DNA from: Octopus sinensis
Lineage: Eukaryota
Direction: 5' to 3'
DNA length: 64,000 nucleotides
Assembly: GCF_006345805.1 (NCBI RefSeq)
Contig: NC_043003.1
Coordinates: 69,998,001 to 70,062,000, forward strand
Below the pieces are notes generated by a model. The model saw only the letters and a list, made by a program, of their open reading frames with translations, had not been told where the DNA came from and searched no databases. Positions 11,251 to 23,947 of this stretch are shown here, in pieces (within the stretch, counting starts at the first letter, position 1; every line of letters starts with the position of its first letter). A program made the position numbers and the translations under genes.

Positions 11251-14200
11251 CACATGGTGGGACTGAACCCTAAACCATGTGGTTGGTAAATAAATTTCTT
11301 CACCACCCAGTCATATTATTTCAGTATATTTTACAATTCAGTATATTGCCCCTATTATTTCAGTATATTTTACAAAAGGAAAGCCACTTATCCCACATCT
11401 TCTCTTCCCTGATAATATTCATTTTGTTTTCCTGGATTTATTAGAAATGGTAAATTACCATAAATCAAAGCCTTTCATATTAGATTTGTCACATTGATTT
11501 TCTTTGTGCTTCAGTGTTCTCTCATAATGCAACACATTTTTTTCCTCCTCTTGAAACTATCTGCAGCATTCATTTAAGTATTATTAGAAATTTACCATAA
11601 AGCATATCAAAATTCCTAGCAGACATTCCCAGTAATAACAAAGTAAATCTGTTTGAAGAAATATTCATGAAGTGTGTCGTATAAATTTTTTAATGATTTT
11701 AGAACTGTTATTATTAAGGTGGAAGCTTGAAATCCAAACTGCTATTGTCTATTAAGTGATGTTTTGTTTTTTCACTGTGTGACACTTGCTGTTGAAAGTT
11801 TTTAGCAATAAAGCAATTTAGATTTGAATTGATTTCATTCTAGTGTGCATTTAATTGCATCATAAACCCATAAAGGAATCTTAAGTTTGTGTATGTGTGT
11901 GTTTACACCTAATATCATGTTTCTGAGCCAGGCTTCTTTCTTTTTTTTTATTTGAAGCTGTGACATTGAGAAAGATGTGTGTATGTCTTTGTGTTTTTGT
12001 GTATAAAGTATTGCATTTATCCTCATTCATCATTGATCCGGAATAACACAATATGTTCCACAAATTGATCTGTGATAACACGGGTTTCTGATCGAAGATT
12101 CTGCTTGGACCACAAAAGCTTGCCTTGGAACGAAACCTAGTTTTCCCCATTTGTTCATCATCATCATCATCATTATTCAAAGTCCATTTTTCATGCTGGC
12201 ACAGGTTGGATGGTTTGACAGGAGCTGGTAAGGCCTGGGGCCACACCAGGCTCCTATTTTCTGCTTTGGCCCTTTTTAACACCAATCATTTTACAGTGTG
12301 TACTGGGTGTGTTTTATACAGTACTAGCATGGATGCTCCTTACATGGCTCCAGCATGGGCTGGTTCTATTATTCATTTATCACTAATTCATTAAACAGTT
12401 TTTTTATAAAATCAAACATCTGTGCTAAATGAGAATAGATGTATTTACATTGTGTGTGTGTGTGTGCGCGTTTGTGTGTGTCTGTGGTAATAACATAGTT
12501 ATATGTCTGAGGAAAGAGGGTTTTGCCCAAACCTCCTGAAGTCATAAATTATGAGAGATGGAAAAATCAGAGTTTAAGAGGGAAACCAGAAACTCTTCAA
12601 GGTGGCAGCCCTTGAAATGAAAGACTGTATGCTATGTACAGAATGTTGGAAGAAAAGTAAAATACAGCTTTGATTGTAGGGAAAAGGGTGCAGTGGATTA
12701 GCTTTTAGTGGTTACTGTGGTTTACAACCAATTAGTTTTAATAAACTGAATCCGGCAGAAAGAACTGATTGGTTTGGGGATAGTTCATTCTTTTGTTTTT
12801 GTTTTGTTCTTGTAATTAATTGAGTTGATTGGTTGTGGCAGAGATTTTAATGAATTAATAATGAGTGTCTTTCACAACTTTGTAGTTCTCTCTTGATGTC
12901 AGTATTTGGCTCCGGTTTGCTGAAATAAAGCGAATGGGGGATAAAGCATCTCCAGGATTGAATGTCAATCTATCTATTGCTTGTAATATTTCTAGAAAAT
13001 GTGGAACTGAAACTTGAGCAACAGATATGAACACAGGCATGCAGGTTTTATTGTATGGTAAGAAGTTAGCTTTCCAACCATATGGTTTCAGGTTCAGTCC
13101 CACTATGTGGTACTTTTGACAAGTATCTTCCTCTATAGCTCTGGGCTGTCTGAAGACTTGTGAGTTGGTTTGGTAGACGGAAATTGAAAGAAGTCTCTCA
13201 TCTGTGTGTGTGTGTGTGTGTGTGTGTTACTGTTTCCTTACTAGGATGTTGTGTGATAGTTGTATGTGAGTGTCATCGTCATGTAAGCAGTGTCCTTTAT
13301 TTCCAGTCTTTTGAGACATGTCTGGTCATGGCAGAATGTTACTATACTTGGAAATGGGTGAATGTTGGTGACAGGAAGAGCATCCAGACATAGAAAATCT
13401 GCCTCAACAAATTCCATGCTACCCAAGCAAGCATGGAGAAGTGAATGTTAAATGATGGTGGTGATGATGATGATGATGGTTATGATGACCTTTGACAAGC
13501 AAAGTTAATCTTTTTTGACTTTCTTTCTTTGGCATCCATCCTGTTGGAATACTTTATTATTGTCTGGACTTAATCTGTGTGGATCTTTTCCTCCTGATTG
13601 ATTTATGCATGGCTTTCATCCAAGACACTTTCCAGATAATCAGCTCCATGTTTTGAGCTTATAATTTTCCCAAAAATGTGCTCAACTTACGTAATCTACA
13701 TAAAGCAACTTACTCTTTCTACACATTCTAATTATGTCGGTAATTTACAATCTCAAGTTAAACTAAGTCTCAAGTGTTTACAACCAAGTCATTTTTCTTT
13801 ATGTCAGTGATTTATATTTCATTGAAACACACAAGCACTAAGCATTATTATTTTGTGATTCATCTGGGATCATAAAGTTTTCGTAAAATGAAATTGTTGA
13901 TGTATTTTATATTTTTAACATGTTTGAGCAGACCATTTTATTAACAAACCAAATCCACGCAAATGGGTTTGCTTAGGGTTAGGTCTATTGTGTGATTGAG
14001 AAACTTGCTTTGCAAGTACATAGTTTCAGGTTCAGTCCCACTGTTCACTTCTTTGGCCAAGTGTCTTCTACTATAGCCCTGGGTCGACCAATTCCTTGTG
14101 AGGGAATTTAGTAGAAAGAAACTGTGTATCATGTGTGTGTGTGTGTATATTTACTCTTTTACTTGTTTCAGTCATTTGACTGCGGCCATGCTGGAGCACT

Positions 14201-14551
14201 GCCTTTAGTCGAGCAAATCGATTTATTCTTTGCAGTCCTAGTACTTATTTTATCGGTGTGTTTTGCTGAACTGCTAGGTTATGGGAACGTAAACACACCG
14301 CCATCAGTTGTCAAGTGATGTGGGGGGGGGAGGCAAGCACAGACACACATACACACATATATATGTACATATACATATATATGACTGGCTTCTTTCAGTT
14401 TCTGTCTACCAAATCCACTCACAAGGCTTTGGTTGGCCTGAGGCTATAGTAGAAGACACTTGCCCAAGGTGCCATGCAGTGGGACTGAACCTGGAACCAT
14501 GTTGGTTGGTGAGCAAGCTACTTACCACACAGCCACTCCTGTGCTTATATA

Positions 14552-14589
<38 letters not shown>

Positions 14590-16620
14590 TTCCTCTACTG
14601 CTTAACAAGCAGTATTGGTTTGTTTACATCCTTGTAATTTTTGTGCTTTAGCCAAAGAGATCAGTGCCAGACTTAAAAATAAGCACTAGCATCAACTTGC
14701 TTCTTTTAAACCTTTTGAAAGCAAGTGCTCCAGTATGGACACAGTCCAATGACTGAAACAAGTAAAAGATAAGAATTACCTTGGTTTTGTTTCTTTGTAA
14801 TCATTTTGGAGAGAGAGTAACATCAAGCATTTTTCTAGTGGCACCATGAGGTCTAATGAATAACCTCCATGACTTCTTTCAACAAGTTTTATTTGCTTGA
14901 TATGGAATCTTTGTAGGATTATTACAAGAGCTGTGTTTCTGTTTCATTCCTTCAGGTATTATTTCAAAAACACCATCTTATTGACTAGATACTGACAAGT
15001 TTGCCACACTTGCCTGGGCCCTCAGTGTAAAGGGTGGGAGCCAATACTTGCTGGCATTTTGTTCAGTGTTCTGACAATTCTGCTAACTTGCCATCATACC
15101 AAACATTCTGCATTAAAAAGGATATCCCAAGGAGAGAAAAAACAAACAAACAACTTGTATTAACACTCTGTAACATTTCAGACTTTCTCTCTTTCCGTTT
15201 TACATTCTCTTTATTCTGCTAGGTGTGTGTATGTCTGTGTGTGTGTACCCTTGTCTAGACATCACATGATGGTTGTAAATGAGCTTCGACAGAGATTGTT
15301 CATTTCCAATCTTCTATGAAAAATATGTCTGGCCATGGGAAAATATTACTTTGTTTGAAAACAGGATGGTGTTGGTGACAGGAGAGGCATCTGGCTATAG
15401 AAAAATCTTCAATAAATCCTGTTTGACCCATGCAAACTGGTAAAATGGATGTTCAATGATCAATGATGTAGGTGGTAGGAAAATTCAGCCTTATTCCAGC
15501 ATTGTTATGTTCCTTTCATTATACTCCTTATGTCTTTCAATTAAATTCTAAAATAATAAAAGCAAAAAAAAAAACCTTCATTGGTTTTCATAAAACAGCC
15601 ATAAATCTTTTTGTGTGTCAATTTATAAAGATAGAGTTTTGAACACAACATAGCAAGAGATTCTTAGATAAGTTTATAGTGGAAGTTTTGTCTCAAAACT
15701 CCCTGGTGACTTAGTGGTTAGGATAGTCAGTGGTTGTACGGTTGATTCTTAGCAGCCGGCTGTGTCCTTGAGCAAGACACTTTATTTCCCATTGCTCCAG
15801 TCCACTCAGCTGGCAAAAATGAGTTGTACCTGTATTTCAAAGGGCCAGCCTCGTCCCATTCTGTGTCACGCTGAATCTCCCTGAGAACTACGTTAAGAGC
15901 ACACGTATCTGTGGAGTGCTCAGCTTCTTGCACGTTAATTTCACAAGTAGGTTGTTTTGTTGATTGGATTAAGTCGAACCCTCATCATTATAAGCTGATA
16001 GAGTGCCAGTTTTTTTGTTTTTTGTTTTTTGGAAAAGTGCACATTATTAGGCTTTTGGTTGAACTTCTGTGTATATAAAATAGATGCACCATAAAGGCAA
16101 TGGATGTACTATAAAGGTAAAACAGTTAGGAAACTGGAATTTATCAAAATGTATGAAGTATAGAATGAAGTAAATTCGCAGTCACACTTAAATACACACA
16201 TGTATACAATAACGATAAAGATATCCATTAATTTAATTAAATATTTTGTCACTCAAATTTCAAATAAAATTGCAGTGAAATGAAATATTTTGTAAAATTA
16301 AATATAGACGTAAATTGATATTTCTTTTAAGTGCATCCCACTTTGCACAATGCAACCTTGCAGAAGAATGTTTACTGTAAAGTCACATTTTAGTTGCCAT
16401 TCCTCTGAGAGCTTTCTTTCTTTGATGCTGTAATTCTCTGTACATTCTCTTTTGAACATCAATTTCTTGTTTGATGGAAATTGGCTCAATTCATTTCTCT
16501 TTGGTAGGCTTTTACCTTTCGCCTAACATTTTGTATGTATGTGTGTGTGTGTGTGGTGGGGGTTGAATAAGAAAGTTCACGTTATAATATGGACTGTGTA
16601 CAATAAGTGGTTATGTTGTG

Positions 16621-17035
16621 CAGTAGTTCTCAACCAGGGCCCACGTAAGGTTTTGTTGTTAAAATTTAGTCCATTCTGCTGGTTGGTTGGTTGGTGTTAA
16701 GAAGGGCATCCAGCTATAAAAACCTTGCCAAAACAGACACAGAAGCCTGGTGCAGTCTTCTGTCTGGCCATCTCCTGTCAATCCGTCCAACCATGCCAGC
16801 ATGGAAGGCAGGTGTTAAACAATAATGATGACGATGATGATGAATAAATTGGTGATACTTAGATAAAACAAAAGAATATTAAAATTTTTTTTTTTGGTAT
16901 AATTCTTAATAGTATTTAATTAAAAAAATATAATAGGTTTTCATTTAAACATTGAATGGCTATGGGGGCAGGGTCCAGTAGAGCAAAATAGCAATCAAAA
17001 GGGGTCCATGAGCAAAATGTGGTTGAGAACCATTG
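16621..17035 (+). mobile_element. hAT (Charlie-type) MITE with a nested family C tail fragment (~16675-16843)
   Basis: TIRs cagtagttctcaacc / ggttgagaaccattg; 8-bp flanks atgttgtg / atctagtg (6 of 8 identical). Confidence 0.75.
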
Positions 17036-18597
17036 ATCTAGTGAAATCACAGTTTGACAAACATAGTAATGATATTTACATGAATATTCTCTTTTAAATA
17101 TGACTCAATAAGTGTGAGTGGCATTAGGAAAGTTGACGATCCCATTTCTTTTTTCCTGTAAATCTAAGACCTCCATCTGCCTTTGTAGCGATCCAGCTAG
17201 TTAGTTATGGAATTCTGTTTGGTCACTGAGGTTCCAGCAATAATTTTGTCTCCATTTAGCAATTCAAGGCAAGATTTGAACTTGGCATTGCAAAATCATG
17301 AAACCCTTCATTAATGTTGGTTTCTAATTTTGGCTCAAGTCTACCAATTTCATGGGAGTGAGTAAGTTGATTACATTGACCCCAGAGTTTAACTGGTGCT
17401 TCTTTTATTGACCCAAAAGGATGAAAGGAAAAATTGACTTTGGCAGAATTTGAACTCAGAACATAGAGATGGATGAAATGCTGCTAAGCATTTTGGCCAG
17501 CGCACTAATGATTCTTCCAGCTCACCACCTTGAAACATCATCATCATCATCGTTTAACATCTGCTTCCCATGCTTGCATGGGTTGGACGATTTGACTGAG
17601 AATTAGTGAGCCAGAAGGCTGCACTAGGCTTCAATCTGATCTGGCAAAGTTTCTACAGCCAGATGCCCTTCCTAATGCCAACCACTCTGAGAGTTTAGTG
17701 GGTGCTTTTATGCGCCACCAGCACGAGGGCCAGTCAGGCAGTTCTGGCAACGACCACACTCAAAAGGTGTTTTTTACGTGTTACCTGCACGGGAGCCAAT
17801 CTGGCAGCACTGGCAACAACCACGTTTGAATGTTGTTTTTCATGCCGGTAGAGCGACTCTGGCAACAATCATGCTCAAATGGTGCTTTTCACGTGCCATT
17901 GGCATGGGAGCCAATCCATGGCCCTTGTTAATATTAATAACAGTGAAGCATGCCATTCTGTAGCACCTATTTAGAGGGAGATAAACTCTATTATTAAAGA
18001 TGCAGAGTCAAGATATAAAGTGTTGATCCCTTGATTTGTAATGCAACTCCTTGTCATCATTTGTATTCTGTTGGTAAATAAAGAATCCATGTTTATTTTA
18101 TCTTTTACTTGTTTGTCATTGGTGGCCATGCTGGAGCACTGTCTTGAAGAGTTTTGGTCAAACAAATTGACCCCAGTACCAATAGTTTTATTTATTTATA
18201 TATATTTTTTAAGTTTAGTACTTACTCTATCAGTCTCTTTTACTGCATTGTTATGCTATGAAGACATAAACATACCAACACTGGTTGTTATTCAGTGATG
18301 GGGAGTGACAAACACATGCGTGAGTGCATGACCTATATCTACAGTTTCCCTACAAGATCTACTCATAAAGTATTGGTTGACGCAGGGCTATAGTAGAAGA
18401 GACTTGCCCAATGTGCCATGCAGTGGGCCTGAACCAGAAACCATGGGGTTGCTAAATGGGCTTCTTAATCAAATTTATTGAGGTTTATTTCTCATTTTAT
18501 TTAATAGAATGTCAACAACATAATGTCTTTGTTTTTTTTTTGTTTTTTTTTCAAATATTTGTATTTTATCATTGTCTATAGTTTATGTTGGTGAATA

Positions 18598-18944
18598 ACA
18601 TTTCTGGGATGGAAATTACTATTTTTAAATCTCACAACGTGAGATACTCTAACAATACTTTGTAGTAAATATTGTTTGCCAACATAACATGGCAGTTCTG
18701 GTTTAGGACTAATGTTGCTGTAATTTAGGCCCAGGAGACCTCATTTCCAGCTGGTTATATGACAGATATTGTTTTGAGCTGAGTGGAGGTGCTAGATTCC
18801 CTTGTTTGACAATATAAGGACACAGATCGTATCATATAGCCAGCTGGAAACGATGTCTCCTGGGGCTAAATTACAGCAACATTCTTCCTAAACCAGGACT
18901 GCCATGTTATGTTGGCAAACAATCTTTACTACATTTCTGGGATG
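18598..18944. repeat. ~100-bp inverted repeat pair inside 14-bp direct repeats
   Basis: Arms 18661-18762 and 18832-18933; acatttctgggatg at 18598-18611 and 18931-18944; related single copy ~60600-60690. Confidence 0.8.
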
Positions 18945-19270
18945 TTTTATTAATTTGAAGATAATTTTTGAAACTTGAGAGTTACTTACATTTCTTTTAT
19001 ATTGGTTCATGATACCTAAATGGAATAAGAATTAAGTAGCCTATTCTTGAGCATTGAAAATACTGACAAGTTGTAGGCAAATCACATCATGACACAATGT
19101 GTTGCATTTAGGATTTCTTAAAGAATACCAGAATTAGTTGATAAAAATCAAATAGCAAGATAAAGATTTTTAATTCATCAGTTTTTGGGTGGGGTTTCAT
19201 CCAGATTTCAGTAAATTTTCTTTGTTATTTCGCTTTTAATCTTCATAAATCTATTTTCTTTTTGCTTCAG

Positions 19271-19339
19271 GTAAAAGCAAGGAAGCAGAAATTAAGCGCA
19301 TCAACAAAGAATTGGCAAATATTCGTTCCAAATTCAAAG
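19271..19339 (+). CDS. AP2A: AP-2 complex subunit alpha, coding exon 2 (69 nt; exon 1 not found, presumably upstream of window)
   Basis: ttgcttcag|GT AAA AGC...TTC AAA G|gtaaac; encodes (C)KSKEAEIKRINKELANIRSKFK(G), the alpha-adaptin N-terminus. Confidence 0.97.
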
Positions 19340-20130
19340 GTAAACTTTTGATTGCTTTACTTCTCTTTACATTGAATAAATCCTATCATCTGATGGAGGG
19401 GGGTTTATTTAGTTATTTAGTCTCCCCACTTTTTTTGTTTTGTAAAGGAAAATAGCATGAAGATCCTGTTTATATATTGGTTTCTTTTGACTAAGTACAA
19501 AGTGAATTGGTGGGTGTTATTAATGGAACCAGTTTAATATTTATTTTAATGACTCTAAAACAAGTATGAATTCCTTTTGATCCCCCCCCACGCGCCTAAA
19601 AAAATTTGCTCAGGTAAAATGAAGTTACTCCCAGATTTCAAAGTGAACAAAAGCATGTCGGTTGCACTTAAAAATTCTTTTATAAAATCTGCAAAAATTC
19701 TATATATTGAAACAAAAATTTGTTGGATCACTTCATATTGAAAAGCCAAACAAATGTCAAATATGCTGGTTTAAGAAAAGCATACAAACAAAAATAAATA
19801 AAAAGATTTGAAGAATCAAAGAATTTCATTGAAACATCTTCAGGCTTGTGAAAAATCATGCAGAATCAAAACTTTTTAATGTTAAGACAACTCAGATTCT
19901 ATCTTTGGAATCCAACTGATTACTTTATATTAAAAAACAAACAAAAACAATTACTATAAGGAAATTAAAAGGAAAAATAGTTTTCAAGGATTAATATGGA
20001 TAAATTTTTACCCTCACTGCACTGATTAAATTTTTGCTGGTGATATATTAATTATACACAAACCAGTTCTTGCAACCTCTTTCTGTCAGCTGGTAAAAAT
20101 AAAACATACATACAACTTCGTCATATAAAG

Positions 20131-20981
20131 CAGTGGTTCTCAGCTGAGCTCCACATAAGATTTTGTTAAAATTTATCTACAATAAATTTCTACTAGGCAC
20201 AAAATATTTTAACATTTTTTTAATACAATTCCTAATAATATTTAATTATAAACAAATAATGACTTTTTAAACCTTGAATAACTAGGAAGGTCCATCTGAT
20301 TAGAATAAGAATAAAAGGGGGCCATCTGAGTAAAATAGGAATGAAAGAGGTTCATCTGAGTAGAATAAGAATGAAAGGGGGCCATCTGAGTAGAATAGGA
20401 ATGAAAGAGATCCATCTGAGTAGAATAGGAATGAAAGGGATCCATCTGAATAGAATGGGGATGAAAGGGGCTCATCTGAGTAGAATGGGAATGAAAGGGG
20501 TTCATCTGAGTAGAATGGGAATGAAAGGGGCTTATCTGAGTAGAATGGGAATGAAAGGGGCTCATCTGAGTAGAATGGGAATGAAAGGGGCTCATCTGAG
20601 TAGAATGGGAATGAAAGGGGCCCATCTGAGTAAAATGGGAATGAAAGGGGTCCATCTGAGTAGAATGGGAATGAAAGGGATCTATCTGAGTAGAATAGGA
20701 ATGAAAGGGATCCATTTGAGTAGAATAGGAATGAAAGGGATCCATTTGAGTAGAATAGGAATGAAAGGGATCCATTTGAGTAGAATAGGAATGAAAGGGA
20801 TCCATTTGAGTAGAATAGGAATGAAAGGGATCCATTTGAGTAGAATAGGAATGAAAGGGATCCATTTGAGTAGAATAGGAATGAAAGGGATCCATTTGAG
20901 TAGAATAGGAATGAAAGGGATCCATTTAAGTAGAATAGGAATGAAAGGGATCCATAGGTAAAAAATGGTTGAGAAACCTCG
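20131..20981 (+). mobile_element. hAT MITE of the same family as 16621-17035, carrying an expanded minisatellite
   Basis: cagtggttctcagc ... ggttgagaaacctcg; 8-bp flanks atataaag (20123-20130) / atataaaa (20982-20989). Confidence 0.75.
20291..20955. repeat. 30-bp minisatellite, 22 full units plus a partial unit
   Basis: Unit tccat(c/t)tgagtagaata/ggggaatgaaaggg(a/g) type, e.g. tccatttgagtagaataggaatgaaaggga, in exact 30-nt phase with no indels. Confidence 0.97.
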
Positions 20982-21089
20982 ATATAAAATGTGGAAAATT
21001 TCAGAAAGTATCCCACTTTCAAAACTGAGTTAACTCAGTCCCTGTGTTTCAAGAACACATGCATGGAACCGAGTTCCCATTCATTAAGG

Positions 21090-22790
21090 GTTAATGTTCA
21101 CCAGATCAGTTTTCAAGTCTATCACAATTAGTTTGAAGAAATAACAAAGGTCAAACATGGGACACATCAAAATACCCAAAACACTAAAAGGAATGAAAGC
21201 AAGAAATATTAAAGAACTGAATTTAAGGTTATTGCAGAAATTTTAATGTTTCATTTTTGATATAAAAAAATGTAAAATCAAAATGACTTTTTGATGTCAT
21301 AGCAACATGGATGCTGTGTCTTTAGAGTCAAACTGGTTTCTATATTTTGTTCTTGAGAAAATTCTATCCCACCAAAGAAATTTGTCATCATTTTGTTATT
21401 GTTTTAATGTTTCATGCTTGCATCGGTCAGATGGAGTTTCTAAAGCTGGATGCCTTTCCTGTTACCAACCCTTACTGGTTTCTAAGCAAGGTAGCATTTT
21501 CCCCAAGGCCAGCATATTGGAAATGAATGACATTCATTTACAACTATGGCACAATGTCAAGATAAGGAGACACAAACTTACACTTGGCACACACACACTC
21601 ACATGATTGGCTTCTTTTAATTTCCAGCTTTCAAATCCATTTACAAAGCTTTGGTTAGTTCAGAATGGCTATTTGCTTTCCGATCTATTTTCTTGTTTCT
21701 TTTTAGACATCTTGATCCGAATACTGAAATGAATGTTTCCTCTTTCTAAAATGACATTGATGGGTTTTTGTTTTTGTTGTTGAAATTTCTTGTTTAATGC
21801 ATTAACATGATCAAAGATAGCAGCCCAATGGAATTATAGAACTTGTCTGCATGTTTTTGATCCTGCGGAAAGGTTTTTAAGTGCCTCTTCTCAGATACAT
21901 CACAAAACAGTCACATGTTTAGGGCACACTGCTTAACAACATTAACAATCTTGATAATATCATTGATGACAGCCACCAGTTTAGGTTCCTGTTCACACCC
22001 AATGTTGGGGTTTTGCTTTTTGACCAAAGCAACAAAACCACTAATAGTGTAATATAATTGGAATTCCATCAACAGATACACCAATGCTGTCTCTCCATCT
22101 CAGACCACCACCTTGTGCATTGTGATATGTGTCACCCTTATGGAAGGTTCCATTTCTAAGAGAGATCTGGAGTAGAGATAGCAGAAAAACACATCTTTTT
22201 CAAATGTTTTAAATCCATGTAAATTTGGTAATCGCATCAGTTGTGAAATACTCCTGACGTTTGTAGTGCCATCGGGTTGTCTGGTAAAATCTTCTCTTTG
22301 ATTAAAGAAATCACTTCTTGTTCTCTCAGATTTTGGCTAAAATAGATCACTGTTTGTGCAGAGACAAAGACACTGAAGCCAGTTATATGGTTTCTTTCTG
22401 CTTACACATTTTTTTCAATCATTTTCATAACTGCAAATCTGACAAATTGTTTCATTTCAATAGTACACAGATTTTTTTCCTCTTTCAAGGCAATCACTCA
22501 GGTTAACTTCAAAGCTAATGTTGGTCAAATTAAATTGTCTTGTTCCTTTCTAATTTTTTGTCTTTTAATAACTGTTTCTAAATTCTCAAAATATTTCTAG
22601 TTTGGAAGAGAGATACAAAAATGTAAATTGTCAAAGAATTTCTTCAACTGATTCTTTTTTGAAATACTCAGAATTCAGTTCTTTTGAAACAGATGACACA
22701 TGGCTTCACATTTCTTTTGTTCTCTGATTCTGTAAAGCCATAATTGAACTTCATCAGGAATTTCCTTTTCCTCTTCTCAAAATTAAAATC
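21090..22790 (-). mobile_element. Fossil hAT/Charlie (ZBED5/SCAND3-like) transposase, interrupted by a SINE (~21400-21660)
   Basis: Broken minus-strand frames give KRKFLMKFNYGFT...KPCVICFK (BED-like), FTRQPDGTTNVRSISQL, LRWRDSIGVSVDGIP and VINDIIKIVNVVKQCALNM*LF, in the expected order. Confidence 0.75.
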
Positions 22791-23761
22791 AATAAATAGA
22801 ATTCTAAAACGTAAATGGATAATCTTTTTTAGTTCAGAAATATTAAAAGTTCTTATATAATACATGTGTGTGTTTATGTAAAAATATGAGAAATATATAT
22901 TCATTCATAGTCATAATTGATGTATCTAAAAAATAAAAATAAAAATAGGTACAGAGAAATCTAAAGCAGACTAGGAAAATTATTGCAAAGTATTTATAGA
23001 TTGAAATTATGAAAAGAAAAATTTGACTTATTTCGAAACTTGATTTTAATTACTGTCAGAGCTGACGTAGACTTTCCCACAAAAACATGTTGAAGCAAAT
23101 GAATTAAGGTGTTTGTTACACTGAACAAGTCAGATGTTTTCAAACTTGGTACAAAAATTGAAAAGGAATTTCTGATTTTAGGTTTCTATTCTCACTAATA
23201 TTTATTTGTTCCTAGATTATAAAAGATGTATTTTATATTAGAAAGCATGCACATACGTATATAAAAACACACACACACACACACACATGCATTATACTGT
23301 AAAATGGTTGGCATCAGGAAGGTATCCAGCCATAGAAACCATGCCAAAACAGGTACTGGAATACAATGCAGTCCTTGGGCCCATCAGATCCTGTCAAACT
23401 GTCCAACCCATGCCAGCACGGCATCTGGACATTAAATGAGGATGATGTTAATATATCACTTTTATGTTGAGCAGGGAGAATAAGGTGGTTACTTTTTAAA
23501 AATACCTGTCAGGGCTCTTAGAATTGATATCTACTATGCATCTGTTGTAGCAGAGAATTACGAAATGCATAGCTTTTTTTCTTTCTTTTGTAAGACAAAA
23601 AAAATTGTTCTTTACTCTTGCGTCCTGGAATATTTTTACAGAATTTTACCATGAGATTAACCAGCAAGCTTTGTATAAAGCAGGATTTTTATGCTGGCTT
23701 CTTAATTACAAAATATTTTAAAGAATATATTTAAAATAAAGGCTAATTCCTTATATCTAAT

Positions 23762-23947
23762 TCAGCCATCAGCCAAGTGCCTTCCCGGTGCATCAGCCAG
23801 GCTCTTGTTTTTTTCAAACCACTCTTTGATGATATCAGTCCACTAATGTCTCTGATGGCTTCTTGCTCTCTTCCCCTCTACACTTTCTGTCAAGATGGGC
23901 TTAGGCAGTGACTTCTGGCACATTATATATCCAAAATATAATAGCTT
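23762..23947 (-). mobile_element. RTE LINE ORF2 C-terminal fragment
   Basis: KLLYFGYIMCQKSLPKPILTESVEGKRARSHQRH*WTDIIKEW matches the RTE pattern LxYFGHIxR...EGKRxRGRxRxxWxDxIKEW. Confidence 0.75.

Noticed and set aside
1-19270. AP2A exon 1 (MRGLAVFISDIRN-type)
   Set aside because: Not found by eye; presumably upstream of the window.
20291-20955. CRISPR-like array
   Set aside because: The units are contiguous with no unique spacers, and the context is eukaryotic.
20242-21022. Three long overlapping ORFs (227, 240 and 206 aa) of 10-aa repeats
   Set aside because: They follow from a 30-bp unit that lacks stops in several frames, lie inside a MITE and have no splice or domain support.
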